From the IMG/VR virus record IMGVR_UViG_3300035696_000002: a stretch of 64,000 bases of DNA. One strand, 5' to 3'. Source of the stretch: a virus (taxonomy: Duplodnaviria > Heunggongvirae > Uroviricota > Caudoviricetes). Below the pieces are notes generated by a model that worked only from the letters and a program-made list of their open reading frames with translations, searched no databases and was not told the DNA's origin. This document shows, piece by piece, positions 28,354 to 38,993 of the stretch (positions are counted from its first letter, which is position 1; every line of letters starts with the position of its first letter). Both the position numbers and the translations under genes were made by a program.

Positions 28354-28788
28354 TTAAACTGTGATATCCGGGATCACAGGCATCAGCATCATGCTACGCA
28401 ACTGCAACATCGCTTGACGGATCGACTGTTGCATCAGCGTGACCCATGCTGTAGCAGCCTCGCTCGGATTCTGTGTCACACAATCCAGCGGCCCTTGTAC
28501 CGGGGCTGGCTGGTTGGGGTTCTGAGGCCCCGGCAAAGCCAACATAAACTGTGCCGTATAGGACGACAAAGTCGTCGTAATTCCGGCCATAATCTGCGTT
28601 GACGGAAACTGGAACGTAAACGCCGGGTTGTTCGGGTCTGTGAACGAGCCTGCGATGTTAATCTCAGGATCGCCAAAGGCCGCGATCAACGCCTTGTCAT
28701 TCGCGTCAGTCGGTGCACCGACGAAGGTGCATTGCAACTGAATCTGAATGACGCCATTCGCCTGTGTCACGTTCGCGTGTACTTTCAT
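28354..28788 (-). CDS. hypothetical virion protein
   Basis: GGAG RBS; in the tail operon. Confidence 0.65.
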   Translation of the reverse strand: MKVHANVTQANGVIQIQLQCTFVGAPTDANDKALIAAFGDPEINIAGSFTDPNNPAFTFQFPSTQIMAGITTTLSSYTAQFMLALPGPQNPNQPAPVQGPLDCVTQNPSEAATAWVTLMQQSIRQAMLQLRSMMLMPVIPDITV

Positions 28789-28837
28789 TCCTAGCTCCGT
28801 TTAAGTAGCCAAAGGGCGGCTCATGCCGCCCTCAGGG

Positions 28838-31800
28838 TTACAAAGTTGTCGTGACCGTGAAGACCACGCTCAGGTACAGCAAGCTGAAGATCGGCTTGTA
28901 CGTGACCGTGACATCCACAGTTGTCGGATCAGTCGGATCAGGAACGACTGCCAAGTTCTGGTAGCCAGAGATGATCTGGTTGTCCAACAGGGCTTGCAGT
29001 CGAGCGTTGCACACCAACGTGATGTCCGTGATGAGGCTGTCCACGATCTTGCGACCGATGAACTGTGCCAAGTCAGCACGGAAAGCCTGAGCGGTGAAGT
29101 CCGCGATTGTCGTGCAAGTCGGCTCACTCGTGATCGGGTTCGACGGGTCAGTGGACTTGTAGTGACGAACCAGCAACGAACCACTGTTGTTCTTCAGGCA
29201 GATCAAACCATCGGCTGCCATCTGATCCATCGTCGGGTCATCATAAGTGATGAGCAGGCGGCTGAATCCAACAAGGTTTTGATTGGTCAGAGTCGTTGCC
29301 ACGTCGTTGGCCGGGTTGAATTCCAGACCACACAGGGCAGCGGCCATGAACGGGCCGTCAACCGGGTACTCTACGGTGACACCAGTCTGGCTGTCGGTAA
29401 CTTCGACACCAGCCAGCGGCATACCGATAGCGAGCATACGGCTGTTGTGCAGTGCACGTGCATTCGCACGGGCGATTGCCGGAGTCGTGAACTGATCGTA
29501 GCCGACGAAACCGATTGCCTCACCCTTGTTGCGGATGGTCGCCTGAGTAATCAACTGATTGCTCAAGAACTGGTGGACGGTCGGGCTCGTGCTCAACGGG
29601 ATGATACCGTTGGCCTTGTTCGTGCTGCCCGGCAGAGCCACTGTGAGCGACTGGATGGCTGCGATGTAATCAGCATCCGAAGCCAAGTTGGAACCCGGCT
29701 GTTGCGGAACCTGAATTGCACCGAAGGTCTGGACGCCGTTCTGAACCATGAACTGGATACCCAGCGACAGACGGTTGATCGTGCTCGGAGCCCCGTAGGC
29801 TGCGTAAGCGTCGGTCGGATTGGTGTAGATGTGAATCGCCAAGTCCGAAGCCTGCTTCTCAGTCTGGAACGAGACATAGTAGAACTCGCCAACGCTCGGG
29901 TTGTTACCCGACTTGTTGAACGTGCTCACGATGACCGAGTCGCCAGTCGTCGAACCGAAGTTCGAGACCACCGAGAATTTCAGACCGCCGATGCAGACGA
30001 GCGTGTTGGCCTGCGAAGGAGCAACGCCCGGCGAACCGCAGTTGCGGATAGCCGCGTTTGCACCCGTTGCGTCAGCCTTCACGATGTACTGAAGGGTGTC
30101 GCCCGGAGCGAAGGCATAGTTGCCGCCTGCGGGTAATGACTGACCGCCGAAGGCCGGATTCGAAGCATCAGCCGGGTTGACAATCGTGACGCGGAATCCA
30201 GTCGCAACGTCGATGTAGGTCTGGTCGAGGTAGCCAACATTGCTGCCCTGCGAACCGGAACCCTTCGAGTTGGTCGAGGAAACCGTGTAGCTGTGAGTGA
30301 CCGGAACCGTGACCGCGTTGGTGCCGCCAGCGAGATTCGTTGCTGCGGTGACCTGCGGGTTGCCAGCCGTGAAAGTTGCCGTGATCTGACCACCATCCGG
30401 TGTTTCACCGGAGGGGAAGAATCCAGCGATCTGGGCGTTCGTGTTGAGCGAACCATTCCAGAAGGCATAGATCGTGATCTGATCGCCGTTGACAACGACC
30501 GGGATCGGGTTCTGTGTAGTCACGTCGATTGCAACCGAGACATGGTTGCCGCCAGTGCCCGGCGTTGACGCGGTGAACGTCAGTGTGCCGCTGGAACCGG
30601 GGACGGTGACCGTCGCCTGAGATGCAGGAACAAGAACGTTGTTGCCGTCGTGGTTGAAGGTCAGTGTGACCGTCTCATCGACTGCTGCACCAGCCTGAGC
30701 CTGTGCATCACCAGTCTGGAGCGGGTTACCAGCGGAGAAGACGAACGGGTAAACAACGCCCGTGATCGCGAAAGCCGCCGAGGCCGCAACCGTGTTGGTG
30801 CCGCCGATGACGAGCGGGGCCACGCGGCCAAGTTCGTCTGCGACGGTGAAGGTGCCTGCACCCGCATAACCGGGGCTGACAACCGTGACCGAGTACTGAT
30901 GGTCGGTCAGATTGTTGCCGTAGTAAGATGCCCACACGCCGTTGCCGGACGCGGGCGGGTTGTACAGGGTGACCTGCTGTGTGTTTCCGTTGAGACGGGC
31001 GACACGCACCGGGCCAGCGAGGAAAGCTTCCAGCGGATCGGAGCCGACGTAAACATTGATGAGGCTCGGGTCATCGGTTGTGACCGACAGACCGCTGCCA
31101 TCAACAGGCGTGTCTTCCAGAGCGAAGACCGTGTTCTTGCCGTTTACCGCACCCGTGACCGGGCGGAGGTAAAGGTGCTCATCCACCAGCGTGGCGAGAA
31201 CTTCTGCCGGGGTGAAGTTGGCGGATTCTCCGGCTGCGGAGACGCCAATCGCTTCGCTGACCGAAGCACCCCAGTTGATCGTTCCGTTGCCGTCTGCATC
31301 GACGCCAAGGACGTAATCAGTTCCCTGAATGTAGTCCTGACGGTTCGGGCCGAGACCGACCTGAGTGATCGAGGAGACGTGCGATGCCGGAAGCAGATCG
31401 AACGTGTTCTTCCACGTGTTGAAGTAGTATGAAATTGTGAGCGAGATCGCGTTCGCCGGGACAGGCTGAGCCAGAGTGACGAGACCATTCTGTCCATCGA
31501 CTGCGAGGACGCCGACCGGGCTGCCGTTCAGTTGAACGAGCACGTTTGCCGGGTTTGTGGTTGTGACGCCGCCGTTCGTACCATCAGTGATCGGGGCATG
31601 CTTGACTGCGAACACGGTGTTGCTGCTCGGGCCAGAACCGCCAGCCAGAGGAACTGCACCACCAGCAACCAGTGCGGTTGAAGCCACACCCGTGATACCG
31701 CTCACTGTCAGGTAACCCGCATCCAACGTCGGGATACCCGCGTTGATGAGGTTCACGAGGTCTTGCAGGGTACGTGTTGCCGGGCCGGGCTTCGTGATGT

Positions 31801-32482
31801 TGATCGTGATCGCGTCCGAACCTGCACCACTTACTGCCTGAGCATCAGGTGTCGCGACGCCTGTCACGAATTGAATCGTGACCAAGTTGCCGAGTTCGCC
31901 GGGGACTGTGGTGCTGACCGTGACGCTGTTTCCGACAGAAGGTGCGATGACCAGAGAAGCGTAGGACGGAACCTGCGGGAGCAGATTTTCAGGCACGTTG
32001 TACGGAGGCCCGGAAGGCGAGTTTGCACCGATGTAGGTGTCGCCGCGTTTGAAGTTGTAGGTGATGTAGAGGCTGTATCCAGCGGGGACGATGTCCTGCG
32101 TCTGGAACTGGCCCGTTGCACCAGTCAGGCTGATGACGGTTACAGGGAATGTGTTGCCATTCGTGTCAGTTGCTTGAGCCTGAATCTTGCTCGGATCGTT
32201 CGTGGTGACGCCCTTACCAGTTCCATCGACAACCGGGAAATAGGTTGTCTGGAAGCTGCGTGTCAAACCAGTGACTTGATTCGAGATGTTTTCTGCAACC
32301 GCTTGATCGTCTTGAACCGCCGATGACCCACGGAAAAGTTCGATGTTGTTGAAGGTGTTGAAAAGTGAACCTTCACCAATAATCACCGGAATACGTGCCG
32401 ACCCGAGAGCGGGCGGAAGCGTGCTCTGAATGATTGTCTGGGTGTAAACACCCGGTGGTGCGTAGCTCAAGAAGAGTGCCAT
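28838..32482 (-). CDS. contractile tail sheath protein with inserted domains
   Basis: N-terminal YAPPGVYTQ; C-terminal PDPTDPTTVDVTVTYKPIFSLLYLSVVF is sheath-typical. Confidence 0.9.
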   Translation of the reverse strand: MALFLSYAPPGVYTQTIIQSTLPPALGSARIPVIIGEGSLFNTFNNIELFRGSSAVQDDQAVAENISNQVTGLTRSFQTTYFPVVDGTGKGVTTNDPSKIQAQATDTNGNTFPVTVISLTGATGQFQTQDIVPAGYSLYITYNFKRGDTYIGANSPSGPPYNVPENLLPQVPSYASLVIAPSVGNSVTVSTTVPGELGNLVTIQFVTGVATPDAQAVSGAGSDAITINITKPGPATRTLQDLVNLINAGIPTLDAGYLTVSGITGVASTALVAGGAVPLAGGSGPSSNTVFAVKHAPITDGTNGGVTTTNPANVLVQLNGSPVGVLAVDGQNGLVTLAQPVPANAISLTISYYFNTWKNTFDLLPASHVSSITQVGLGPNRQDYIQGTDYVLGVDADGNGTINWGASVSEAIGVSAAGESANFTPAEVLATLVDEHLYLRPVTGAVNGKNTVFALEDTPVDGSGLSVTTDDPSLINVYVGSDPLEAFLAGPVRVARLNGNTQQVTLYNPPASGNGVWASYYGNNLTDHQYSVTVVSPGYAGAGTFTVADELGRVAPLVIGGTNTVAASAAFAITGVVYPFVFSAGNPLQTGDAQAQAGAAVDETVTLTFNHDGNNVLVPASQATVTVPGSSGTLTFTASTPGTGGNHVSVAIDVTTQNPIPVVVNGDQITIYAFWNGSLNTNAQIAGFFPSGETPDGGQITATFTAGNPQVTAATNLAGGTNAVTVPVTHSYTVSSTNSKGSGSQGSNVGYLDQTYIDVATGFRVTIVNPADASNPAFGGQSLPAGGNYAFAPGDTLQYIVKADATGANAAIRNCGSPGVAPSQANTLVCIGGLKFSVVSNFGSTTGDSVIVSTFNKSGNNPSVGEFYYVSFQTEKQASDLAIHIYTNPTDAYAAYGAPSTINRLSLGIQFMVQNGVQTFGAIQVPQQPGSNLASDADYIAAIQSLTVALPGSTNKANGIIPLSTSPTVHQFLSNQLITQATIRNKGEAIGFVGYDQFTTPAIARANARALHNSRMLAIGMPLAGVEVTDSQTGVTVEYPVDGPFMAAALCGLEFNPANDVATTLTNQNLVGFSRLLITYDDPTMDQMAADGLICLKNNSGSLLVRHYKSTDPSNPITSEPTCTTIADFTAQAFRADLAQFIGRKIVDSLITDITLVCNARLQALLDNQIISGYQNLAVVPDPTDPTTVDVTVTYKPIFSLLYLSVVFTVTTTL

Positions 32483-32563
32483 GGGTTAATCCCTCTTAAA
32501 GTGGACTTCATTTATGCTGTCAAAAGTCCAAAGATTTTGTTGTTCTCGAACAATTGGAACGGG

Positions 32564-32923
32564 TTAGTCGTCCTTCGGCTCCGGGGTAGCTACCGCTCTC
32601 AGCGGTTTGTCAGTGGGGACGTATTCGTTTACCCCCACGGCAGTTAGCCCCGGTTTCCCGCTCTCCCTGCGAATCTTGTCTCGTTTTTCCTGCCGCTCAT
32701 GGATGCGATCCCAACGTTTGGCCGCGTCCTGTCCGATCACCACATCAAGTGGTGCGTTAGTCATGCTTCCGGTGAGCACTGCTGGGGCGGAAACCTTCAT
32801 CGCTGAAGGCCCACCGCACTTCGGGCATGACAGAGTTTCCGGCTTTACTGCGGACATTGCTGCATAAAGCTCTTGCACGACGCCGCAGTCTTCCTTGTTA
32901 CACTGGTACTCGTAAATGGCCAT
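32564..32923 (-). CDS. FmdB-like zinc-ribbon protein
   Basis: MAIYEYQCNKEDCG...CPKCG. Confidence 0.8.
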   Translation of the reverse strand: MAIYEYQCNKEDCGVVQELYAAMSAVKPETLSCPKCGGPSAMKVSAPAVLTGSMTNAPLDVVIGQDAAKRWDRIHERQEKRDKIRRESGKPGLTAVGVNEYVPTDKPLRAVATPEPKDD

Positions 32924-32931
32924 AGGCCCCC

Positions 32932-34683
32932 TTAAACGTAACTCTGAACGAACTGAAATCGTTCGGCTCCAAGGGCTTGCACCCGAGGAACCATCTGTAA
33001 TTTACCTGCAAAGTCGGGTAATTGCTCAACCTGTGTGATCTCGAACTGAGTCACGCGGTTCACCAGCGGCACGTAGACCTTCCAGTCGCACATCGCCGTC
33101 ACCGAGATGTTGAAGGTGTACGTCGAGGCGGTTGCGGACGGATCACGCTGCTGACCGATAAAGTCACGACTGGCCTCAAAAACAGTAATGCCGTCCTGCT
33201 CCATGTAGTTGCGGCGGCGGATCAAAAGCTGTTCCTTCAGCATTTCGCTCAACATGGAAGCGGTCTGAAGATCGTTTGCCTTGACTTCTAATGTGATCGT
33301 CAGGTTGTCTTTGGAGCCAAAAATCTCGTAAACCTCTGTGGTTACGGGACTTACTATAACCGCGATCTGGTCTCCAACCACTACCTGATCGCCGATGGCG
33401 AGCCACAGGCCGGGGAACACGTACTGAAGCTGCCCGGCGTTGTTCAAAAGCGGCTTCCCCGCCGTGTCCTGTTCCTTCTGTGTCGGCGTCGGATTCTGCG
33501 GAGTCGGCTTCGGGACTGAGTATGTGATCGAATTCGGATCGACAATGACGAAGTTGCTCAGTTCCAGCTTTCTGCCCTTGGCGAGATATCGCTGATCGAG
33601 GATGCGAACCTCCCAACGACACCATTGGCCGGGCTGGAGCAGCACCGGGAGCACAACGTTGCCTTGTGCATCCGGCGTCACGTTCGGAAAGTCCCCGGCT
33701 GGCGTGTGGATAAACACCTGTCCCTCGGCCAGACTTTGGTTCGGCCCAACGTTAGTCGGGAGAATATTCTCTGGGTTGGTGCCCGGCGTAGTATAAGGAT
33801 TCAGCTTCACGACCATATTGGCCGTGATGGTGCTGCCGGGAGGTGCGGTCTGCGACAGTTGAATCCACTGCGGCCCGCCGTAGAAGGTGTAATCCAGATT
33901 GGGACGGAGTTGGTACCCAGTCTGATCGGTGAAGTTCACCGAAACGTAGGGCACCGGGATGTTGATGAGTTCTCGCTCGAAGCCGCCCTTCGTGCTCTGG
34001 CACACGACCATGCTCTGGGGCCGCTGGTACCAAAAATCGGTGAAGGGATTCAGCGGTGTGCCGTTCTGGAAGTTGAACACAAGCTGCTCGCACGGCGTAA
34101 GGAGATTTGCGAACCCACCATACGAGGTGTTGAACGCATTGAAATTCACCACAGCACCAGTCGTCGCGTCATGAGCGGTCAGAGTCGTGAGATCGACAAC
34201 CTGATTGTTCATGATGCCGGGCGAATCATAAGTTGGGTCGATGAGGCCTTGACGGAAAAACACCTGCGAGCCAGCAGCCTGCTTGATGCAGCCCTCACGC
34301 CAGATGTATTTCTGCACGGTGAAGCCTACGTCGCGTGTCTGTTCGCTGACGTAGTCCACATTGATGTAGTAAACACCGGGGTCTTGCAACGCGAGTGTGG
34401 GATCGGTCTCACGAAGGTACTCAATGAAGCAGCCTTCCTTGTCTTCGAACTTGCCAAGGATGGCACGGCCCAACTGAGTGCACATGAAATAATCTGGGGA
34501 GAGGCGGTTGCCGGAGGAGGCGACGTTCTTGATGATAATCCAAGCATCTTTCCAGCGAATCATTGTGTTCGCTGGATAGCTGACCTCTCCCAGAGTTTTC
34601 TTGAATCGGGGATTACGATCTACGGCGTCGCGGATGATACGCAGCAGGTATGCTACGAGATTTCCGCCAGTAAGGTCTAGCAT
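32932..34683 (-). CDS. putative tail completion/terminator-like structural protein
   Basis: Position just upstream of the sheath gene; GGAGG RBS; function inferred from synteny only. Confidence 0.5.
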   Translation of the reverse strand: MLDLTGGNLVAYLLRIIRDAVDRNPRFKKTLGEVSYPANTMIRWKDAWIIIKNVASSGNRLSPDYFMCTQLGRAILGKFEDKEGCFIEYLRETDPTLALQDPGVYYINVDYVSEQTRDVGFTVQKYIWREGCIKQAAGSQVFFRQGLIDPTYDSPGIMNNQVVDLTTLTAHDATTGAVVNFNAFNTSYGGFANLLTPCEQLVFNFQNGTPLNPFTDFWYQRPQSMVVCQSTKGGFERELINIPVPYVSVNFTDQTGYQLRPNLDYTFYGGPQWIQLSQTAPPGSTITANMVVKLNPYTTPGTNPENILPTNVGPNQSLAEGQVFIHTPAGDFPNVTPDAQGNVVLPVLLQPGQWCRWEVRILDQRYLAKGRKLELSNFVIVDPNSITYSVPKPTPQNPTPTQKEQDTAGKPLLNNAGQLQYVFPGLWLAIGDQVVVGDQIAVIVSPVTTEVYEIFGSKDNLTITLEVKANDLQTASMLSEMLKEQLLIRRRNYMEQDGITVFEASRDFIGQQRDPSATASTYTFNISVTAMCDWKVYVPLVNRVTQFEITQVEQLPDFAGKLQMVPRVQALGAERFQFVQSYV

Positions 34684-34692
34684 GAGACCTCC

Positions 34693-35205
34693 TTACCAGC
34701 CGCCAGATACGTTTCCCTGCGGTGGAGGCGAAAGAACATCCGGTGCACCGAATTCCGGGCCATCGACCACCCGAACAGGCTGGGCGTCGTAATCCACTCC
34801 CGGAGGCGGGGGCGGAATGACCTGCTGGACGGGTTCAACGTACTGGTGAATCGAGCGGCGAATGTCATAAACCGAAACTTGAGCATGAATGCGTGGGTAC
34901 CAGCGATTTTCGATCTCAACTTGTCCACGAGCGTCATAGCCAAGAATCCACCATTCACTGCCGTCATGAGATTGGAAGATCGCTCCCGGAATCAAGTAGG
35001 CGAAGAAAATCTCGTCGCCCTCGACCGGGGAGAGGGGGTTGGGCAGCAAGAGGTTGCCGGGATTCGGCCCCATCTGAGCGAAAGTCGAAATGCGGCTGTC
35101 GTCCGGGTCTCCTACCATCGCCTGAAGATCAGGATTGACGTTAGGCTGGTCGTCATCACACAAAACACGGGCGGTTTTCGCCAAATCGTTCACATCAAAA
35201 GCCAT
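34693..35205 (-). CDS. hypothetical virion protein
   Basis: Start reassigned to ATG 35205 (GAGG RBS); N-terminal LAKTA motif; late motif upstream. Confidence 0.6.
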   Translation of the reverse strand: MAFDVNDLAKTARVLCDDDQPNVNPDLQAMVGDPDDSRISTFAQMGPNPGNLLLPNPLSPVEGDEIFFAYLIPGAIFQSHDGSEWWILGYDARGQVEIENRWYPRIHAQVSVYDIRRSIHQYVEPVQQVIPPPPPGVDYDAQPVRVVDGPEFGAPDVLSPPPQGNVSGGW

Positions 35206-35239
35206 AAAGGAAGCCTCTCTACTAGGGTACAAATAGTCA

Positions 35240-36529
35240 TTACGTTTGGATTTTCCCGAATGTCACCGTCCGGCCAAGCGGGATGTTCGGGTTCTCCCAG
35301 TCCTTGCCCGGCACGGTACGCGGATCGAACACGGGCTCGCCATCCTGCTTGCCATTCAACGGGTTGTGGTGCACAACCGGGTTGTAGATCGTCGGGAGGA
35401 CGGTGTTCACTTCCGGGATCAAGTACCGGGTGTCGCCCTCAGGCAGCAAGCTGACCGTGAAGTCCTGCTGCAAAAGGATGCCACGAGGGTTTTTGTAGAC
35501 CACGTTATTGATGACCAACCGCTCGCCATTACGCCGGATGATGAGGTCGCCGTTTTGGACAATCGGAGTTGGGCCGAGGTATGCCCGGCTGTCGCGGGTG
35601 GTCTTGATACCGCCCTCGTTCAACTCACGCATCAAAGCGGTGTCCGGTGGAACGAAGATGAAATCATACGGGCCGAGGTAGCCGCCGACCCAACCCGTCT
35701 CGTAGCAGGAGGTGCAGCCATGCTTCGGTTCTTCTGTGCCAAACAGGCAGCCGCAACGTTCACCACGATTGAGCTTGAAGAACAGAAATGCAGGCTCCCC
35801 AACTTCCTCAAAGAGCCACTGGTTGCGGCGAACCATCTCTTGGTACTCCCACGTGATCTTGTCCACTTCCTGAGTGTTGACCACCGTGGTGCCGGGGTGA
35901 CCGGGCACGTGCATCTCGCCTTCGGCACCCACGGGAACAATCGTGTAGTACGTGCGGACGAGCGAGGTGTAGATGTCCACGTAGTTGACGAGCTTTTTGT
36001 ACGTCGCCTGAAACAGCGTGAAGTTCGAGTAGTTGGCGGCAAGGACTTGGCCTGCACTCGCGAGCGGCAGTGCATTGACCGAACCTCCGCCTGCGATGGT
36101 GTTATCCATCTGGAGCCAGACGGCTCTGTCGGTCGCATCAACTTTCACAGGGCGGAATGTCTGCCCGTCGATGTTGGGCTGGCCGGAGACAGAGCATGTC
36201 ACAGTGACATCCTCGACACCCGCCAACACTGGGCGACCAACGACGATATTGGAGTACGGGAAATCCGGGATGTGGAAGCCCCAGCGGCCCAGCGTGCCCT
36301 GTTCGAGCCAGTCGCCCGGCTGCACGGTGTAGGTCACCACTTCCAGAGCGGACATGTCGCGGTAGAAATGCCCACGCCACGGCGTCGCATTCAGTTTGAT
36401 CCAATTGACCGGATAATCCTGTGCCCGATAAATGTTGTACCCGAGGGTTGCACAGGGATCGTCCACCCACCATATATCGCGGGAGCCAACGAAACTCGAA
36501 TTCAGTACAAGAACGTTACTGACTGCCAT
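35240..36529 (-). CDS. putative head-closure/neck protein
   Basis: RCGC..CTSCYETGWVGGY..PIVQNGDLIIRRNGERLVI; GGAGG RBS; position in the neck region. Confidence 0.55.
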   Translation of the reverse strand: MAVSNVLVLNSSFVGSRDIWWVDDPCATLGYNIYRAQDYPVNWIKLNATPWRGHFYRDMSALEVVTYTVQPGDWLEQGTLGRWGFHIPDFPYSNIVVGRPVLAGVEDVTVTCSVSGQPNIDGQTFRPVKVDATDRAVWLQMDNTIAGGGSVNALPLASAGQVLAANYSNFTLFQATYKKLVNYVDIYTSLVRTYYTIVPVGAEGEMHVPGHPGTTVVNTQEVDKITWEYQEMVRRNQWLFEEVGEPAFLFFKLNRGERCGCLFGTEEPKHGCTSCYETGWVGGYLGPYDFIFVPPDTALMRELNEGGIKTTRDSRAYLGPTPIVQNGDLIIRRNGERLVINNVVYKNPRGILLQQDFTVSLLPEGDTRYLIPEVNTVLPTIYNPVVHHNPLNGKQDGEPVFDPRTVPGKDWENPNIPLGRTVTFGKIQT

Positions 36530-37049
36530 CAGATTCCTCCGCCGAGGCTGTATTCAATGAGGAGTAAAAATCTTTTGCTGGTTGCCGGGGCTGAATCTTC
36601 TTGCCCTTCGGCACTCGCCGTGTATCGGCCTTAATCACCTCGATAGCGTCATGGAGGTGACTGAACGCGGTCTCCAGTTTCGGCCCCGCCTTGCCGTAAT
36701 CGTTAGTCATGTCGAGCGTGTGTTGTGCCAGCGAGATTTGTTCGATGGCGTCGTCGATATCAATCTTGATCTGGTCTTTCGCCTTCTTCGAAACCACCTT
36801 CATTGCTTTCTGAATCTCGGGCAGCAAACGGCTCTTCAAAGAGTTCATCGTGAAGTTCCATACACGTTGAGCCCCGTAGGAATTCTGGTACTCAGGGACG
36901 TACCCACGCACCGGGTTATTAAGAATCTCGTCATGAAGAGCCATGAGATCGGTTGCGATCTCGCTGTCGTAGTCATCAAAATCGAGAATGCTCAACAACC
37001 CAGCACGTTTCGTATACGGGTAGTTCAAAAGTGGCGACTTGAAATCCAT
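36516..37049 (-). CDS. helical protein with an N-terminal K-x-A leader
   Basis: Start reassigned to ATG 37049; MDFKSPLLNYPYTKRA-GLL... Confidence 0.6.
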   Translation of the reverse strand: MDFKSPLLNYPYTKRAGLLSILDFDDYDSEIATDLMALHDEILNNPVRGYVPEYQNSYGAQRVWNFTMNSLKSRLLPEIQKAMKVVSKKAKDQIKIDIDDAIEQISLAQHTLDMTNDYGKAGPKLETAFSHLHDAIEVIKADTRRVPKGKKIQPRQPAKDFYSSLNTASAEESDGSQ

Positions 37050-37051
37050 GG

Positions 37052-38002
37052 TTACCCCAACAGCCAACGTTGCTGACGCAGACCAGCGGAGAACGGACGG
37101 TTCGCCGTGAGCAGCGGTGCAACGGTCTGGAACTGGGTCGTGTACGTGTCACCCAGTCCTCGATACAAATCTGCTTTGTTGATGTCCAGCGACACGCCAT
37201 TGAGCGAGTAGCTAAACTGGTCGGCTGCCCAGCGTGCACCTTCAGAAGACAGGCACAGGCCAGCCGCACCCAATGCAGCGATTCTGCCCCAGTCCACCGG
37301 GATGTTGTCGAGCGTGTAGTTGTAGTAGTTCTTCGGGTTCCACACGTTCAACTGGCTGATCGCGATGTCGAGCATGATGAGGATTGTCGAATCAAGCCAG
37401 ATGTAGCCAACACGGGTCGTGTAGCCCGCGACAACCCGGCCCGGCGTCGGCGGGCGGAAATGGTAGTTCCGGTCGGGGTTCGTATCCGACAGGAGTTCGC
37501 GGACGTACCGGATCGCCTGAGCGTACATCTGCGGCGTCGTGGCAGCGGAGGCTATGCTGAGTTGCTGGCCGACGATCATGGACGGGGCCTCAAAGGCCGG
37601 GTCGGTCGGATCGACGGTCTGGACGACGAAGTTTTCGAAGACAGTATCAACCGGGCTGCTGGCGTACTGCTGGAGGTTCCAGACAATGCGATAAATGCCC
37701 CGCCACTGGGTCGGGATGGTGATGTTGGCGTAGTAGGCCCCCTGCGATGCCCGTGTGGGCACCTGCTGAGGCTGGCCAACCAGAGTCATACCCTCGGCTG
37801 GCACCGGAGGCCCGCCTTGCATGTTCTGGGGCTGGTGCAGGTCATATTCGTAAGCAATTGTGGGTTTTACCGGGATGCTGGAACTGATCTGGAAGATCGA
37901 AAAATTGAGAAGAACCGGGTCAAGCAGAGTCCCTTGGGCGTCCCGAACCATGATCGAAAGGTTGCTGGGGCCTAATGTCTGCCCCTGTGTGAATGTCACC
38001 AT
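37052..38002 (-). CDS. putative head-tail adaptor/neck protein
   Basis: IRYVRELLSDTNPD..FSYSLNGVSLDINKADLY; first gene of the late region. Confidence 0.55.
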   Translation of the reverse strand: MVTFTQGQTLGPSNLSIMVRDAQGTLLDPVLLNFSIFQISSSIPVKPTIAYEYDLHQPQNMQGGPPVPAEGMTLVGQPQQVPTRASQGAYYANITIPTQWRGIYRIVWNLQQYASSPVDTVFENFVVQTVDPTDPAFEAPSMIVGQQLSIASAATTPQMYAQAIRYVRELLSDTNPDRNYHFRPPTPGRVVAGYTTRVGYIWLDSTILIMLDIAISQLNVWNPKNYYNYTLDNIPVDWGRIAALGAAGLCLSSEGARWAADQFSYSLNGVSLDINKADLYRGLGDTYTTQFQTVAPLLTANRPFSAGLRQQRWLLG

Positions 38003-38037
38003 AAAGATAGTTCTCTCCCTACAAAGAAACGGGTATT

Positions 38038-38595
38038 ATGTTAGTGATGATCCTCTTCAACATCTGCGGTGGGCCGGGGGCTGGAAAAACCACGTTCTCG
38101 TACTACCTCGCATATCGCCTCAAGCGGGCTGGCTTTAGGACAGACCTGATCTACGAGCCATCACGTGACCTTATCTTCGGCGGCTACCCAGACCGTCCGC
38201 CGCACCAGTTGCTCGACAACCAAGTCCTGATGGTCGGAGAAACCTACGAGCGGACGCTGCGGCTCAAGCGGCACGGCTTTCAAGTTGCCGTCTCCGACTC
38301 ACCCATCGTCCAATGTCTTCTCTACTGCAAAGGACATAAGTACTTCGATAACCTGAAGTCCGTCATCAAGGACATCGAGACTGAGTTCGACACGTACAAC
38401 ATCTTCATTCACCCGAGGCCGGGCAGCTACGATCCTGAATCACGCACTCAGAAGACTGAGGCTGAGGCTCGTGCACTGGATAGTGTAGTGCGGGAGTTGT
38501 TCGATAAGTTTTGGATGGAAGTAAACTGGGATCAGGAAGAACTGTTGGGGGACGCGGCGGTCGAACTGGTCAGGAAGAAATCTTCATCTTCGTAA
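38038..38595 (+). CDS. P-loop kinase/ATPase (NadR/AAA_28-like)
   Basis: GGPGAGKTT Walker A; VAVSDSP; YDPESRTQ..EA..LD; start may be ATG 38047. Confidence 0.7.
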   Translation: MLVMILFNICGGPGAGKTTFSYYLAYRLKRAGFRTDLIYEPSRDLIFGGYPDRPPHQLLDNQVLMVGETYERTLRLKRHGFQVAVSDSPIVQCLLYCKGHKYFDNLKSVIKDIETEFDTYNIFIHPRPGSYDPESRTQKTEAEARALDSVVRELFDKFWMEVNWDQEELLGDAAVELVRKKSSSS

Positions 38596-38737
38596 GCCAG
38601 CCTTTATCCTCGTCGGTGAGTTCGTGCCGGGTCATTGGTGCATCCGACAAGGGAACAACATTCAATCCCGCCTCGACCGGATCGAAATCAAAAATGAAAC
38701 AGGAACCTAGCGGGTCGTAACCGTAATCATCATTCAT
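38570..38737 (-). CDS. small hypothetical protein (55 aa)
   Basis: Hand translation MNDDYGYDPLGSCF...; overlaps the upstream stop; below the ORF-track cutoff. Confidence 0.4.
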   Translation of the reverse strand: MNDDYGYDPLGSCFIFDFDPVEAGLNVVPLSDAPMTRHELTDEDKGWLTKMKISS

Positions 38738-38993
38738 TCTCTTCGTCTTCTTCTCGCACCCACATCATCTCTTGCCAGTGTTCATCACAAAGCCAATGGG
38801 CGTAGTTAAAGAACCCATCCTCCAGAAGATACTCTGGATTTTCGTATCCTGCTGGCTGGCCGCAAAGGGAGTTCTGATCTATGGTGAAGAAATCGGGGTT
38901 CCCGTCTTCGTCGAAATTGGATTCGTCATCCATCGCGACTGTTACGGTCATGCCAGCATCGTCAACTTCAACACCGCAAAAATGATCGGGCAT
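38730..38993 (-). CDS. small acidic Cys/His protein
   Basis: TAATG coupling to the upstream gene. Confidence 0.55.
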   Translation of the reverse strand: MPDHFCGVEVDDAGMTVTVAMDDESNFDEDGNPDFFTIDQNSLCGQPAGYENPEYLLEDGFFNYAHWLCDEHWQEMMWVREEDEENE

